Source of the DNA: Macrostomum lignano
Lineage: Eukaryota
Direction of reading: 5' to 3'
DNA: 64,000 nt
Assembly: GCA_002269645.1 (NCBI GenBank)
Contig: NIVC01000506.1
Span: 248,001 to 312,000 of the forward strand
The translations under genes were made by a program, and so were the position numbers. The notes beneath the pieces are model-generated. The model made no database searches, was not told where the DNA came from, and saw only the letters and a program-made list of their open reading frames with translations. This document shows, piece by piece, positions 37,967 through 62,689 of this stretch (the stretch's first letter is position 1; each line of letters opens with the position of its first letter).

Positions 37967-38320
37967 GGGGGCCGTAGCCCAGCGGTAGCGCAGCTGCTCT
38001 GGTGTGCCAGCGACCCAGGCTCGATTCCAAGTGCAGTCACATTAATTTGGGGCTGAATTGGAATCTCGGCTTGACTCTGCTCGTGCAATTAACGGCCTTG
38101 AGAGCCAACCCCCAAGGCGCAGTGAAGTGTACATGCCTAACGATAAAATAAAGTTAGGGCCGCTGTACACCTGCGTGAGTGTGTGCCTGCGTACGTATCC
38201 GCGCGCTTGTATGCCTGCTCAGGGGAGTCGGCGGAATGGGCAGTAATGCCTCTCGCCGGTTGTGTGCCTATGTCGCTTGAAGTGCGCCAGGGTGCACACA
38301 ACCCCCCTGCCTCTAATAAA
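37967..38320 (+). mobile_element. tRNA-derived SINE (about 354 bp) with 12-13-bp TSD
   Basis: Head GGGGGCCGTAGCCCAGCGGTAG carries an A box, and GGCTCGATTCC is a B box. The element ends ...CTAATAAA. (A)TGGTGGTTCTCA is duplicated at 37954..37966 and 38320..38332. Confidence 0.75.
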
Positions 38321-39030
38321 TGGTGGTTCTCATGGTTCTGTGGTGATTCTCATGGCTTTGCGGTGGTTCTGTAGTGATTCTCATGGCTTTGCAGTGATTC
38401 TCATGGTTTTGTGGTGATTCTCATGGTTTTGTGGTGATTCTCATGGTTCTGTGGTGATTCTCATGGCTTTGCAGTGGTTCTCATGGTTCTGAGGTAATTC
38501 TCATGTTTTGTGGTGATTCTCATGGCTTTGCAGTGGTTCTCATGGTTCTGTGGTGATTCTCATGTTTTGTGGTGATTCTCATGGTTTTGTGGTGATTCTC
38601 ATGGTTCTGTGGTGATTCTCATGGCTTTGCAGTGGTTCTCATGGTTCTGAGGTAATTCTCATGTTTTGTGGTGATTCTCATGGCTTTGCAGTGATTCTCA
38701 TGGTTCTGTGGTGATTCTCATGTTTTGTGGTGATTCTCATGGTTTTGTGGTGATTCTCATGGTTTTGTGGTGATTCTCATGGCTTTGCGGGGGTTCTCAT
38801 GGTTCTGTGGTGATTCTCATGGCTTTGCAGTGGTTCTCATGGTTCTGAGGTGATTCTCATGGCTTTGCGGTGGTTCTCATGGTTCTGTGGTGATTCTCAT
38901 GGCTTTGCGGCGGTTCTCATGGTTCTGTGGTGATTCTCATGGCTTTGCGGTGATTCTCATGTCTGTGGTGATTCTCATGTATTAGTGATTCTTATGTCTG
39001 TGGTGATTCTCATGGATTAGTGATTCTCAT
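38321..39030. repeat. 20-bp minisatellite gtggtgattctcatggtttt
   Basis: Direct tandem repetition. Confidence 0.95.
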
Positions 39031-39579
39031 GATCGCTGGTTCAGCAGGACGATGCCGGGCCAATGATAGCTCAGCGGCATCCGTAGCAACTGAGGCTCAG
39101 GCGAGCTCAGGCGCTTCCGATGGCAGTGCCAGGCAGCAAAGCAATTACTGACAAGCCTCTTTAACCTTCTTTTACGGTCTTGTCATTTCAAGACAGGCTG
39201 CAACCTACAGCAAAGCAGATAAAACAGAAGCAACAATGGCAACCCCGTGTTTCACGCATTTCATTAATCATACAATTTGAATAAGCATTTCGAGACCAAC
39301 AGTTTATTTGAGGTTGCCGAGTTCACAGCAAACCCTGAAACGCAGCCAAATGTACTTTAATTTTCTAAATATGCAACATTTTGTACAGATTGAGTACAAA
39401 CTTATTAAAAGGAACAAGAGAAGCACTGTCAGGCATTTGTGAAAATTAAATATGAAAGCAGCAGATATTCTTTTGCACATGGAATATTCATCAACTTTAC
39501 TTATGATGCTTTCTGCACGACTCAGTTTCAGGAGGCCGAGTCTTCGCGTGCTTCAGAGTGATTCTCACGATGGTTCAGG

Positions 39580-40400
39580 TGGATTTACATGATTCAGGGG
39601 CGATTCTGATGATTATTCAGGGGCGATGATGCCTCGGAGGGGGGCAATTCTCATGATGATTCAGGGGCAATTCTCATGATGATTCAGGGGCAATTCTCAT
39701 GATGATTCAGGGGCAATTCTCATGATGATTCAGGGGCAATTCTCATGATGATTCAGGGGCAATTCTCATGATGATTCAGGGGCAATTCTCATGATGATTC
39801 AGGGGCAATTCTCATGATGATTCAGGGGCGATAATGCTTCAGGGGCGATTCTCATGATGATTCAGGGGCGATTCTCATGATGATTCAGGGGCGATTCTCA
39901 TGATGATTCAGGGCGATGATGGTTCAGGGGCGATTCCACGATGATTCAGGGGCAATGATGGTTCAGGGGCGATAATGCTTCAGGGGCGATTCCACGATGA
40001 TTCAGGGGCAATGATTATTCAGGCGCGATAATGCTTCAGGGGCGATTCTCATGATGATTCAGGGGCGATTCTCATGATGATTCAGGGGCGATTCTCATGA
40101 TGATTCAAGGCGATGATGGTTCAGGGGCGATTCCACGATGATTCAGGGGCAATGATGGTTCAGGGGCGATTCCACGATGATTCAGGGGCAATGATGGTTC
40201 AGGGGCGATAATGCTTCAGGGGCGATTCCACGATGATTCAGGGGCAATGATTATTCAGGGGCGATAATGCTTCAGGGGCGATTCCACGATGATTCAGGGG
40301 CAATGATTATTCAGGGGCGATGATGCCTCGGTGGGGGGGGGGCAATTCTAATGATAATTCGGGGGCAATTCTCATGATAGTTCGGGGGCAATTCTTATGA
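39580..40400. repeat. About 23-bp minisatellite gattctcatgatgattcaggggc and derivatives
   Basis: Direct tandem repetition with sub-blocks. Confidence 0.93.
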
Positions 40401-40513
40401 TAGTTTAGAAACAATTCTCATTAACAACAGCTTAATGTGCTTCAGTAGCAATCCGCATTGGTTGGCGGGCAGCACAGCGCAGCGGTGACTGATAGTACGT
40501 CTCCCCGGCAGCC

Positions 40514-54151
<13,638 letters not shown>

Positions 54152-54214
54152 TGTTGCGAGCTTGATTGAAGCAGGAATGTGGATGAGTGATGCTTTTGAG
54201 TCAATGGCAACTCG

Positions 54215-54915
54215 TGAGGTGAGATAATTAGCTAAGCAGGTGGACGGGCAGTCCTGTCTGAGGTGAGGCGAGATAATTAGCTAAGTTAGTGAGCGGGCAC
54301 TCTTGTCTGAGGTGAGGTAAGATAATTATATCTGGGCAGGTGTGCAGTTTCGTCTGAGGTGAGATAATTATCTGGGCAGGTGTGCAGTCCGGTCTGAGGT
54401 AAGATAATTATATCTGGGCAGGTGTGCAGTCCGGTCTGAGGTGAGATAATTATATCTGGGCAGGTGTGCAGTCCGGTCTGAGGTGAGATAATTATATCTG
54501 GGCAGGTGTGCAGTTCGGTCTGAGGTGAGATAATTATATCTGGGCAGGTGTGCAGTTCGGTCTGAGGTGAGATAATTATATCTGGACAGGTGTGCAGTCG
54601 TGTCTGATGTGAGATAATTATATCTGGGCAGGTGTGCAGTTCGGTCTGATGTGAGATAATTATATTTGGGCAGGTGTGCAGTCGTGTCTGATGTGAGATA
54701 ATTATATCTGGGCAGGTGTGCAGTTCGGTCTGATGTGAGATAATTATATTTGGGCAGGTGTGCAGTCGTGTCTGATGTGAGATAATTATATCTGGGCAGC
54801 TGTGCAGTCGTGTCTGATGTGAGATAATTATATCTGGGCAGGTGTGCAGTTCGGTCTGATGTGAGATAATTATATTTGGGCAGGTGTGCAGTCGTGTCTG
54901 ATGTGAGATAATTAG
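54215..54915. repeat. 42-bp minisatellite just upstream of the DHX8 start
   Basis: Unit gagataattatatctgggcaggtgtgcagttcggtctga(g/t)gt. Confidence 0.95.
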
Positions 54916-55639
54916 TCTGCCAGCCTAGCAAATCAGAGCAATAAAACAACAAAGAACTCGGGCTGCAGTGGCTGGTCATTTTTGCACTCTAAACATTAGC
55001 CCATCGGGTGCAGGAAAAAGCTGACTGATACGCATAAATTAAAATAATTCTCAAACAGAAGGGAACTATGACGGCCCGCAAACTGGAGCGTGAGGCTGGG
55101 GTTCGAAATGTAAAATTGTAATCGAAGTAGCCGCAAGCTATTAAAAAGGGGTGAAACATGATTTGTGCCGCTTGATAAAGAACCAGCGGAACATGGCTGG
55201 GCATGCCAGCAGAGCTATGGGCATAAAGTACATGCGATAGCGCACTAGGTCGAGGAATTGGGCCATTGCTTTCATTCAGGTGAAACAGAGAACTCTACGC
55301 TTTATAGAAATTATATTTAACAGCTGGCATGAGCGCGCAGCCGGCTTGTCCTTAAACATCAGTTCAGCATTATATCAGGCATATTAGTGGCAAAATCAGG
55401 TACAGGTACGGACCTGGAGCTGGAGCACGGGGATGCATTTGAAGAGCAAAAAAAAGCTAATAAAAAAGTTGCCACCCAGCCAGTTAGTACCAGAATTAAC
55501 AGGAGAGAAGAAAACACCAAAAAATCATGTCGACTATGCCAGAACAGACGCTGCAGTAGCTACTCTTCGGTTGATCAGTAAGTAGTATGAGAGCAGATGC
55601 GAGAAAATTCCTGAATTTTTCCCTACATACACTCTAAAT

Positions 55640-56035
55640 TTAGGATTCTAGGATTGGGATCACCAAACTTCCGGTGGGATTCTAGGATTGGAATTACCAA
55701 ACTTCCGGTGGGTATCTAGGATTGGGATCACCAAACTTCCGGCGGCATTTCCAGGATTGGGATCACCAAACTTTCGGTGGCATTTCCAGGGTTGGGATCA
55801 CAAAACTTCTGGTGGGATTCTAGGATTGGAATTACAAAACTTCCGGTGGGTATCTCGGATTGGGATCACCAAAACTTCCGGTGGCATTTCAGGACTGGGA
55901 TCACCAAACTTCCGGTGGGATTCTAGAATTGGGATCACCAAAACTTCCGGTGGGATTTTAGAATTGGGATCACCAAACTTCCGGTGGGATTTTAGAATTG
56001 GGATCACCAAACTTCCGGTGGGATTCTAGGATTGA
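55640..56035. repeat. About 34-bp minisatellite ctaggattgggatcaccaaacttccggtgggatt
   Basis: Direct tandem repetition; most units contain ACCGGAAGT on the - strand. Confidence 0.92.
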
Positions 56036-56237
56036 TTAATCTCGGTGGCATTCCATGATCGGGGAAAAATAACTTTATTTGAGCTAGTCATCTGTAAAAT
56101 TGATACAATACGTAATAAAATTATTTTCAAAGGGACTTTCATGCAACTTTAAAGCTCACGATAGGATACTTTTCAGACCGATATTGGGAGCGCCAGGCAT
56201 CTACATCAGAGAAGCAGCATGAGGATTTATTCAAGCC

Positions 56238-59200
56238 TTAGCTGTCGGCGGGCAGCAGGATTTTAGTGAATTTCCGCTCGGCCAAAAGTCGGACAGGCGG
56301 TGCCAGGTAGTCAACCAGCTGGCCGTGCAGGTGGCTGGAAGTCGGCAGAGCGGAGGCGATGCAGGCCAGCGAGTCGGACGGCAGCTCGGCGAGGGCGGCG
56401 GCCACGCGGTCAACCAGGCGCCGCAGTCCGGTCGGGTCGGAGCGAGCCAGGCAGAAATGCGCGTGCCGGCCCAGCAGGTCGAAGAACCAATGGCAGGGCA
56501 GCTCGTGGCAGAACAAAGACCTGGGCTCGGCCTGTAGAGCAAAGCTGAGCAGCTCCTCAACCAGGTTGGACTCGAGCCTGCGGATGGCAGCGCTGAATGC
56601 CAGGGACAGCTCGGTGAGGCCGTCAGCCTCGAGCTGCTGCTGCCGCAGGCCGGGCAGGCTGGTTAACAAAGTGCGCAAAGCCGAGAATAGCAGGTCTTTG
56701 TCGCAGCTGTTTAGCACGCTTTTCAATAGGCGGCGGCCTTTGCGAACCTGGGCGTGTGGTAGCGGGGGGAATCATAGGCATAAACTGAAATCTGGGAGGG
56801 ATAATCACATCAGGATAATCTGGGAGGGATAATCACATCGGGATAATCTGGGAGGGATAATCACATCAGGATAATCTGGGAGGGATAATCACATCGGGAT
56901 AATCTGGGAGGGATAATCACATCGGGATAATCTGGGAGGGATAATCACATCGGGATAATCTGGGAGGGATAATCACATCGGGATAATCTGGGAGGGATAA
57001 TCACATCGGGATAATCTGGGAGGGATAATCACATCGGGTTAATCTGGAAGGGATAATCACATCGGGATAATCTGGGAGGGATAATCACATCGGGATAATC
57101 TGGGAGGGATAATCACATCGGGATAATCTGGGAGGGATAATCACATCGGGATAATCTGGGAGGGATAATCACATCGGGATAATCTGGGAGGGATAATCAC
57201 ATCGGGATAATCTGGGAGGGATAATCACATCGGGATAATCTGGGAGGGATAATCACATCGGGATAATCTGGAAGGGATAAGCACATCAGGATAATCTGGG
57301 AGAGATAATCACGGAGGGAAACCGTTGAGGGAAAATCGGGGCGGATCCTAATGACCGCTAGCCGCAACAGCCTGGCTCTTGGCTGTTCTCACTTACGGAC
57401 AGCAGCAGTGGCAGCTCGGAGTCGCCAAAGAATCCCGAGCACAGGGCTTCGAGTGCCTTTCGCCGCTCAGTAACGCAGATGTGCCGCTTCTCCGGCTCCG
57501 AGCTGGTCAGGTACCGCTTCTCACAGTCGTCGAATCTCAGGTAGACGCAGTAGAGAGACTCGATGCGAAGCATGAGACCGAGATGGCGCAGGTGCTCAGT
57601 GTCGGCTGGAGCGGCGGTCGGGGCCTCGGATGGGGAGGTCTGAAAATGGTGAGGTTGCATTGGGCAGTGCTATTTTTGGTAGAGATCCTCTACTTCCGTT
57701 AGAGATCCACTACTTCAGGATAGATTTCCCTACTTCAGGATAGATTTCCCTACTTCAGGATAGATTTCCCTACTTCAGGATAGCTTTCCCTACTTCAGGA
57801 TAGATTTCCCTACTTCAGGATAGATTTTCCTACTTCAGGATAGAGATTCCCTACTTCCGGATAGACTTCCCCTACTTCCGGTAGAGATCCCACAGCTTTC
57901 GGATAGAGATCCCACAGCTTTCGGATAGAGATCCCGCAACTTTCGGATAGAGATCCCACAACTTCAGAATAGAGATCCCCTACTTCCGGTAGAAATCCCC
58001 TACTTCCGGTAGAGATCCCCTACTTCCGGTAGAGATCCCCTACTTCAGGATAGAGATTCCCCTACTTCAGGATAGACATCCCCTACTTCCGGTAGAGATC
58101 CCCTACTTCCGGTAGAGACCCCCTACTTCAGGATAGAGATTCCCCTACTTCCAGTAGAGATCCCACAACTTCCGGTAGAGATCCTCTCTCTAAGAGAAGC
58201 TCTACTAAAGAATAAATATTCGACATAGGGAAAACACTGCTGGCACCTGCGCGTCGCTAGCGAGTCGGCGAATGTCGATAGTCTGCCGGGGAGTGTGCAC
58301 CGAGGAGGTGGTCAGACAGCCAAGGGTGCCGCTCATCCGCAGCTCGGCGGCCCGGCGCCCGACCCCGCTTGATGCGTCGGCGTCGCCGCCGGAGGGCTGG
58401 TCGGACTGGCCATCCTCGGCGGAGCGCGGCACCGGGATGGGCATGGAGGGGAAAATGCCCGGGTTGCTGCGACGGGCCTGCGGGTTGAAAAACAGTCTGC
58501 GATGCATTCTTGCGAAGACAATAGTGATTCTGGGCTGCTGGGCGCTGGCGTTGAGGACTTGGGATAGAGGGTTCGGATTGGAGGGTCTGAACTCAGTGGA
58601 GGGAGGGGTTGGCTCAGTGGAGGGAGGGGTTGGCTCAGTGCAGGGAGGGGTTGACTCAGTGGAGGGAGGGGTTGGCTCAGTGGAGGGAGGGGTTGGCTCA
58701 GTGGAGGTAGGGGTTGGACTTAGTGCAGGGAGGGGTTGGCTCAGTGGAGGGAGGCGTTAGACTCAGTGGAGGGAGGGGTTGGCTCAGTGGAGGGAGGGGT
58801 TGACTCAGTGGAGGTAGGGGTTGGACTCAGTGGAGGTAGGGGTTGGCTCAGTGGAGGGAGGGGTTGGACTCAGTGGAGGGAGGGGTTAGACTCAGTGGAG
58901 GGAGGGGTTGGACTCAGTGGAGGGAGGGGTTAGACTCAGTGGAGGGAGGGGTTGGACTCAGTGGAGGGAGGGGTTAGACTCAGTGGAGGGAGGGGTTAGA
59001 CTCAGTGGAGGGAGGCGTTAGACTCAGTGGAGGGAGGCGTTAGACTCAGTGGAGGGAGGGGTTAGACTCAGTGGAGGGAGGCGTTAGACTCAGTGGAGGG
59101 AGGCGTTAGACTCAGTGGAGGGAGGGGTTAGACTCAGTGGAGGGAGGCGTTAGACTCAGTGGAGGGAGGCGTTAGACTCAGTGGAGGGAGGGGTTAGACT

Positions 59201-60608
59201 CAGTGGAGGGAGGCGTTAGACTCAGTGGAGGGAGGGGTTAGACTCAGTGGAGGGAGGGGTTAGACTCAGGGGAGGTGTTGGGGGAGGGGTTACAACGGGT
59301 CTTCAAGGCAATCAAGCTCACCTGTTTGAGCCGCCAGGTTATATAATAATAGTCGGAAGTGACCGGATCTTCCATCTCCTTTTCCAGCACGCGGCTCTGG
59401 ATGCCGATGACGGTGTCCTTGTCGCGGCGCGTCATAAAATTGTCGTATTCAGACGGCCATCGGCGAAAAGACGAGAACAGAGAGTTGGGCTTCGGCTGCA
59501 CCATGGGATGGGTCAGGCGAGGATCGCGGTGTTGCTGTTGATGCTGCTGAAACTGCTGCTGAAGTTGCTGCTGCTGCTGCTGCTGCTGAAGTTGCTGTTG
59601 CTGCATGGGAGCGGCGGCGTTCATCCGCTGAGTCTGTTGAAGCGCGCGCAGGGCGGCAAGTCGCTGAGGACTTGGCTGCTGCTGCTGCTGGCCGCCCAGG
59701 TTCATGGAGCTCAGCAGCTGCTGGAACAAAGGTGGCAAAACGGGCTGCTGCTGCTGCTGCTGCTGCTTGGTGGCTGCCATAGTGGCGGCCATCGCCAAGT
59801 GCCGCATGAGGGCGTTCGGATCGGCCGTCATGCCGCTGGCGCCCAAGGCAGCGACAGCCGCAGCCGCCGCCTGCTGCTGCTGATGCGTCGGCAGGCGGCT
59901 CAGATTGGCTGCCATAGCAGCGGCCCAGGCGGTAGGCGGTGGCATCTGCAGCGGCGGCGGCGGCGGCAGCTGCTGCAGCTCCGGCTGGACTGCGCCGCCA
60001 CCGACAGCGGCAGCCGCAGCGGCGGGCGCGTAGGTGGCGCTGTTGCTGTTGCGGGGCCGCATCGGCCGGTTCTTGGACACCGTGATGATTGACGGGTCGT
60101 CAAGTTCATCGTCGGAGTCAACTACCAGGCGGTCGCAGAAGGCGTTCAAGTCCTCCAGCGGACAGAACTCGTCCAAATCAGCCGCGCCGTCGAGATTGGG
60201 CGTGGCGACTTTTGCCGGCTGCTCCGGCGGCTTGCGATGGTGCTGGTGGTGCTGCTGCTGGAACTGCGCCTGCTGCTGCTGGAACTGCAGCTGGTGCTGC
60301 CTCTGCAGCTCCTCCAGCTGCTTCTGATAGGCCTGGAGGTGCCCCTGGGGCAGGCGCATCGCAGCTGCTCCCAGGCTGTCCCCATTGTTGCCGCGGCTGT
60401 CTTCCCGCTGGCCTTCGTCATCGTCATCCAGGCCGGCGAACTCCACGAATTCGCCATCGTCCTCGAGGCCGGCCAGCCGCTCGTGCTCGGCCTCCCAGTC
60501 GGTGGCCTCGGCAGCTCCGCCGAACGTCTCATCGTTCAGGTCGTCCTCGAGGGCGGCCTCTTCGTCGTCCAGCACCGGAGCGCTGGGGAAGTCGAAGTAG
60601 TCCGACAT
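56238..60608 (-). CDS. PATL1: PAT1 homolog, mRNA decapping scaffold (exons 60608..59322, 58537/58534..58247, 57639..57397, 56747..56238; about 776 aa)
   Basis: Motifs LNDETFG (N-terminus), P/Q-rich region, FMTRRDKDTVIGIQ..DPVTSDYYY, GTLGCLTTSSVHTPRQTID, RIESLYCVYLRFDDCEKRY and VRKGRRL. All introns are phase-0 GT-AG. AATAAA directly follows the stop (+ strand tttatt at 56226..56231). Confidence 0.9.
56790..57310. repeat. PATL1 intron 3 minisatellite, 28-bp ggagggataatcacatcgggataatctg
   Basis: Near-perfect tandem repetition. Confidence 0.97.
57690..58185. repeat. PATL1 intron 2 minisatellite, about 20-21-bp cctacttc(c/a)g(g)tagagatcc
   Basis: Direct tandem repetition with variants. Confidence 0.92.
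58590..59275. repeat. PATL1 intron 1 minisatellite, 22-bp gactcagtggagggaggggtta
   Basis: Direct tandem repetition, G-rich on the + strand. Confidence 0.95.
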
Positions 60609-60831
60609 GCGGCTCTGCTGATGCTCACAAAACTGTCTTTAATATAAATTTGTGCAGCTTGCTCAAAATTCCGTTGATCAGCAAAGCTGCAGCCGCTGCA
60701 TCATGCATCAAACCGAGGGTAAAAGCGGCTTGCGGTGAGAAAAACCTTCAGGAATAACTTCAGGATCTAGAAATAGAGATCCAAGGACTAGTCACGTAGG
60801 ATGGTAAACTAACGTTTCTTGGAAAATTTTA

Positions 60832-61211
60832 GGAGGCCGGTCTTTTTTGAAAAAAATACACTACGGAGATAGGAAGTTTTCTGATTTTCAGCACAAAAAA
60901 TTAATTGCTTTCGATAGGAGACAGATTTATTGTTCATGTTTAAATTTTACGTAGATTCCCTGTACCTAAAAAATCATAAAAACCCTATGCACATGGCAAT
61001 TGTACAATTGCATGCAGAATATAAAATTAACATAGAATCCTAATTTTCTGAACAAACAGCATCATGAATATCAATATAGCCATAGAAATGGCACAACATA
61101 TCAAAAGATGAACAATGGGTCCGCCTCCTATCGAAAGCAATAACAATTTTTGTGCTGAAAAAATGAAAACTTCCTATCTCCGTAGTGTATTTTTCCGAAA
61201 AAACCGGCCTC
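60832..61211. mobile_element. MITE-like element with about 90-bp imperfect inverted arms
   Basis: 60832..60920 (gaggccggtc...cgataggag) is the reverse complement of 61125..61211 (ctcctatcg...ccggcctc). TA lies adjacent at both ends. Confidence 0.8.
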
Positions 61212-61395
61212 ATAAAACTACTTGAGTAGTCCTTGGAGAGATCATTAATTAAAAAACTACTAAGCTTCCACTAAATAAATTTCCTGGGGAAAAAACAAAG
61301 ACAAAGACCCGACTGACTTGGCATCTCACAATTTTTAGTGTAAATTTAAATGCGACTGTCAAATTGTAAGAAATCAAAGCGAAGGCCAATTGCAT

Positions 61396-61920
61396 TCAGG
61401 TCTGTCTAGCAGCTTCCAGCTGGCCCAGCAGCAGCTGCATCCGATGCTTCATCACCGGCTGGCCTCGCTGGTTCACCCGGCTCATTGCCGCGTTCCGCTC
61501 CCGCCGCTGCGCCTGCCGAGCGGCCCGCTTCGCCGTCCGCGCCTCCGTCGCCGCCTGTCGCTCCTGCCGACGGCGCTGCTGAGCGGCCTCGAGCTTGGCC
61601 AGCTTGCCGCGGTGCGACGAGGCCGAAGGCTCAACTGGCTGCTTCTGCTGCTGCTCGACCTGCTGCTTCTGCCGCCGGCGTCGCCGCCCAAACACGGCGG
61701 ACTGCGCCAGGAGGCCTTCGCGCTTGAGGAAGTCGCGGTATTCGCGTGCAGCGGCCGCCAGCTGCGGATCAGCCCGGGCCGCCACCCTGGCCAGACTGCT
61801 GCTGCTGCTGCCGGCTTTGATTTTCTTTTGTTGCAGTTGCTGCTTTTGCTGCAGTTGCTGCTTGTTCCGCTTGCTATTGCTGTTGGAATTTGCTTTGCTG
61901 GATGAGTGCTCGGGCTTCAT
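61396..61920 (-). CDS. CCDC59: CCDC59/TAP26/Fyv7-like rRNA-processing protein (single exon, about 174 aa; alternative ATG at 61989)
   Basis: Basic, Q-rich protein with EYRDFLKRE and the C-terminal family signature NQRGQPVMKHRMQLLLGQLE. Confidence 0.7.
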   Translation of the reverse strand: MKPEHSSSKANSNSNSKRNKQQLQQKQQLQQKKIKAGSSSSSLARVAARADPQLAAAAREYRDFLKREGLLAQSAVFGRRRRRQKQQVEQQQKQPVEPSASSHRGKLAKLEAAQQRRRQERQAATEARTAKRAARQAQRRERNAAMSRVNQRGQPVMKHRMQLLLGQLEAARQT

Positions 61921-62043
61921 AGTAGCTGAGCTAGTAACATGAACGACATGACAACTTTCTCTAAAGGCTGGGATTAAAATGCTTGCCATAAGAGCAGGGC
62001 AACTTCAACTGAGCATTGTGTAAGACCAGAACCCGATGAAAAC

Positions 62044-62689
62044 GGTACCCAGGCCAAGAAGCGTCCTGGAATCACTTTGTGTCGCCCCAGAGTCGTTTCA
62101 GACGCGTTGCAGATGACAGGTCAAATAGGAAATAAGTGATTCTAAACGACGAGATGTACAAGTCACCATTCTAGTAACTGGGGCGACGCTATAACGATTC
62201 CATGGCAGTAGAGTCATATTTGAGACGCTTCAGAGTCGCATTAGAGTCACTGAGTTGTATTTGAAGCGTATTTGAGTCGCTTGACGAATCAGAGTCACAT
62301 TTCTGGCATTTCAGCGGCATTCTGCATTTGCATAAAAGTTGCAGAAGAAGCGCTTTAGCGTCACTGTAGAATTGTTAGTGTGTCACTTCTGAGGCATTCT
62401 AGAAGCATTATAGAGTCGGTACTACTGGCCTTAAACAGACTGTTGGATTGTCATTTCTGGGCAAATAGAAAATTATGCATGTTCATCGACTCAGAAGTGA
62501 TGCACTGATGATTCTACAGCAACGCTGAAGAGCTTCTGTGATTTTTTTGGTGATTTGTACCATGATATATCATCATTTTAGAGTTGTTCAGAATCAGAAT
62601 CTTTCTTATTTGACTTGTCATCTGCCATGCATCTAAAACGACTGTGGGGTGACACAAGTGACTCCGGGACACTTCTTAGCCTGGGTACC
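62044..62689. mobile_element. Older MITE-like element with about 100-bp diverged inverted arms
   Basis: ggtacccaggccaagaagcgtcctggaatcac... is the imperfect reverse complement of ...gtgactccgggacacttcttagcctgggtacc. Confidence 0.75.

Noticed and set aside
37967-38040. Functional tRNA gene
   Set aside because: The acceptor, anticodon and T stems do not pair properly, and the sequence continues into a body with a TSD, so it was called a SINE head.
54989-55270. Short hydrophobic - strand ORFs between PATL1 and DHX8
   Set aside because: They are 41-71 codons long, lack the codon bias of the real exons and have no recognisable motif.
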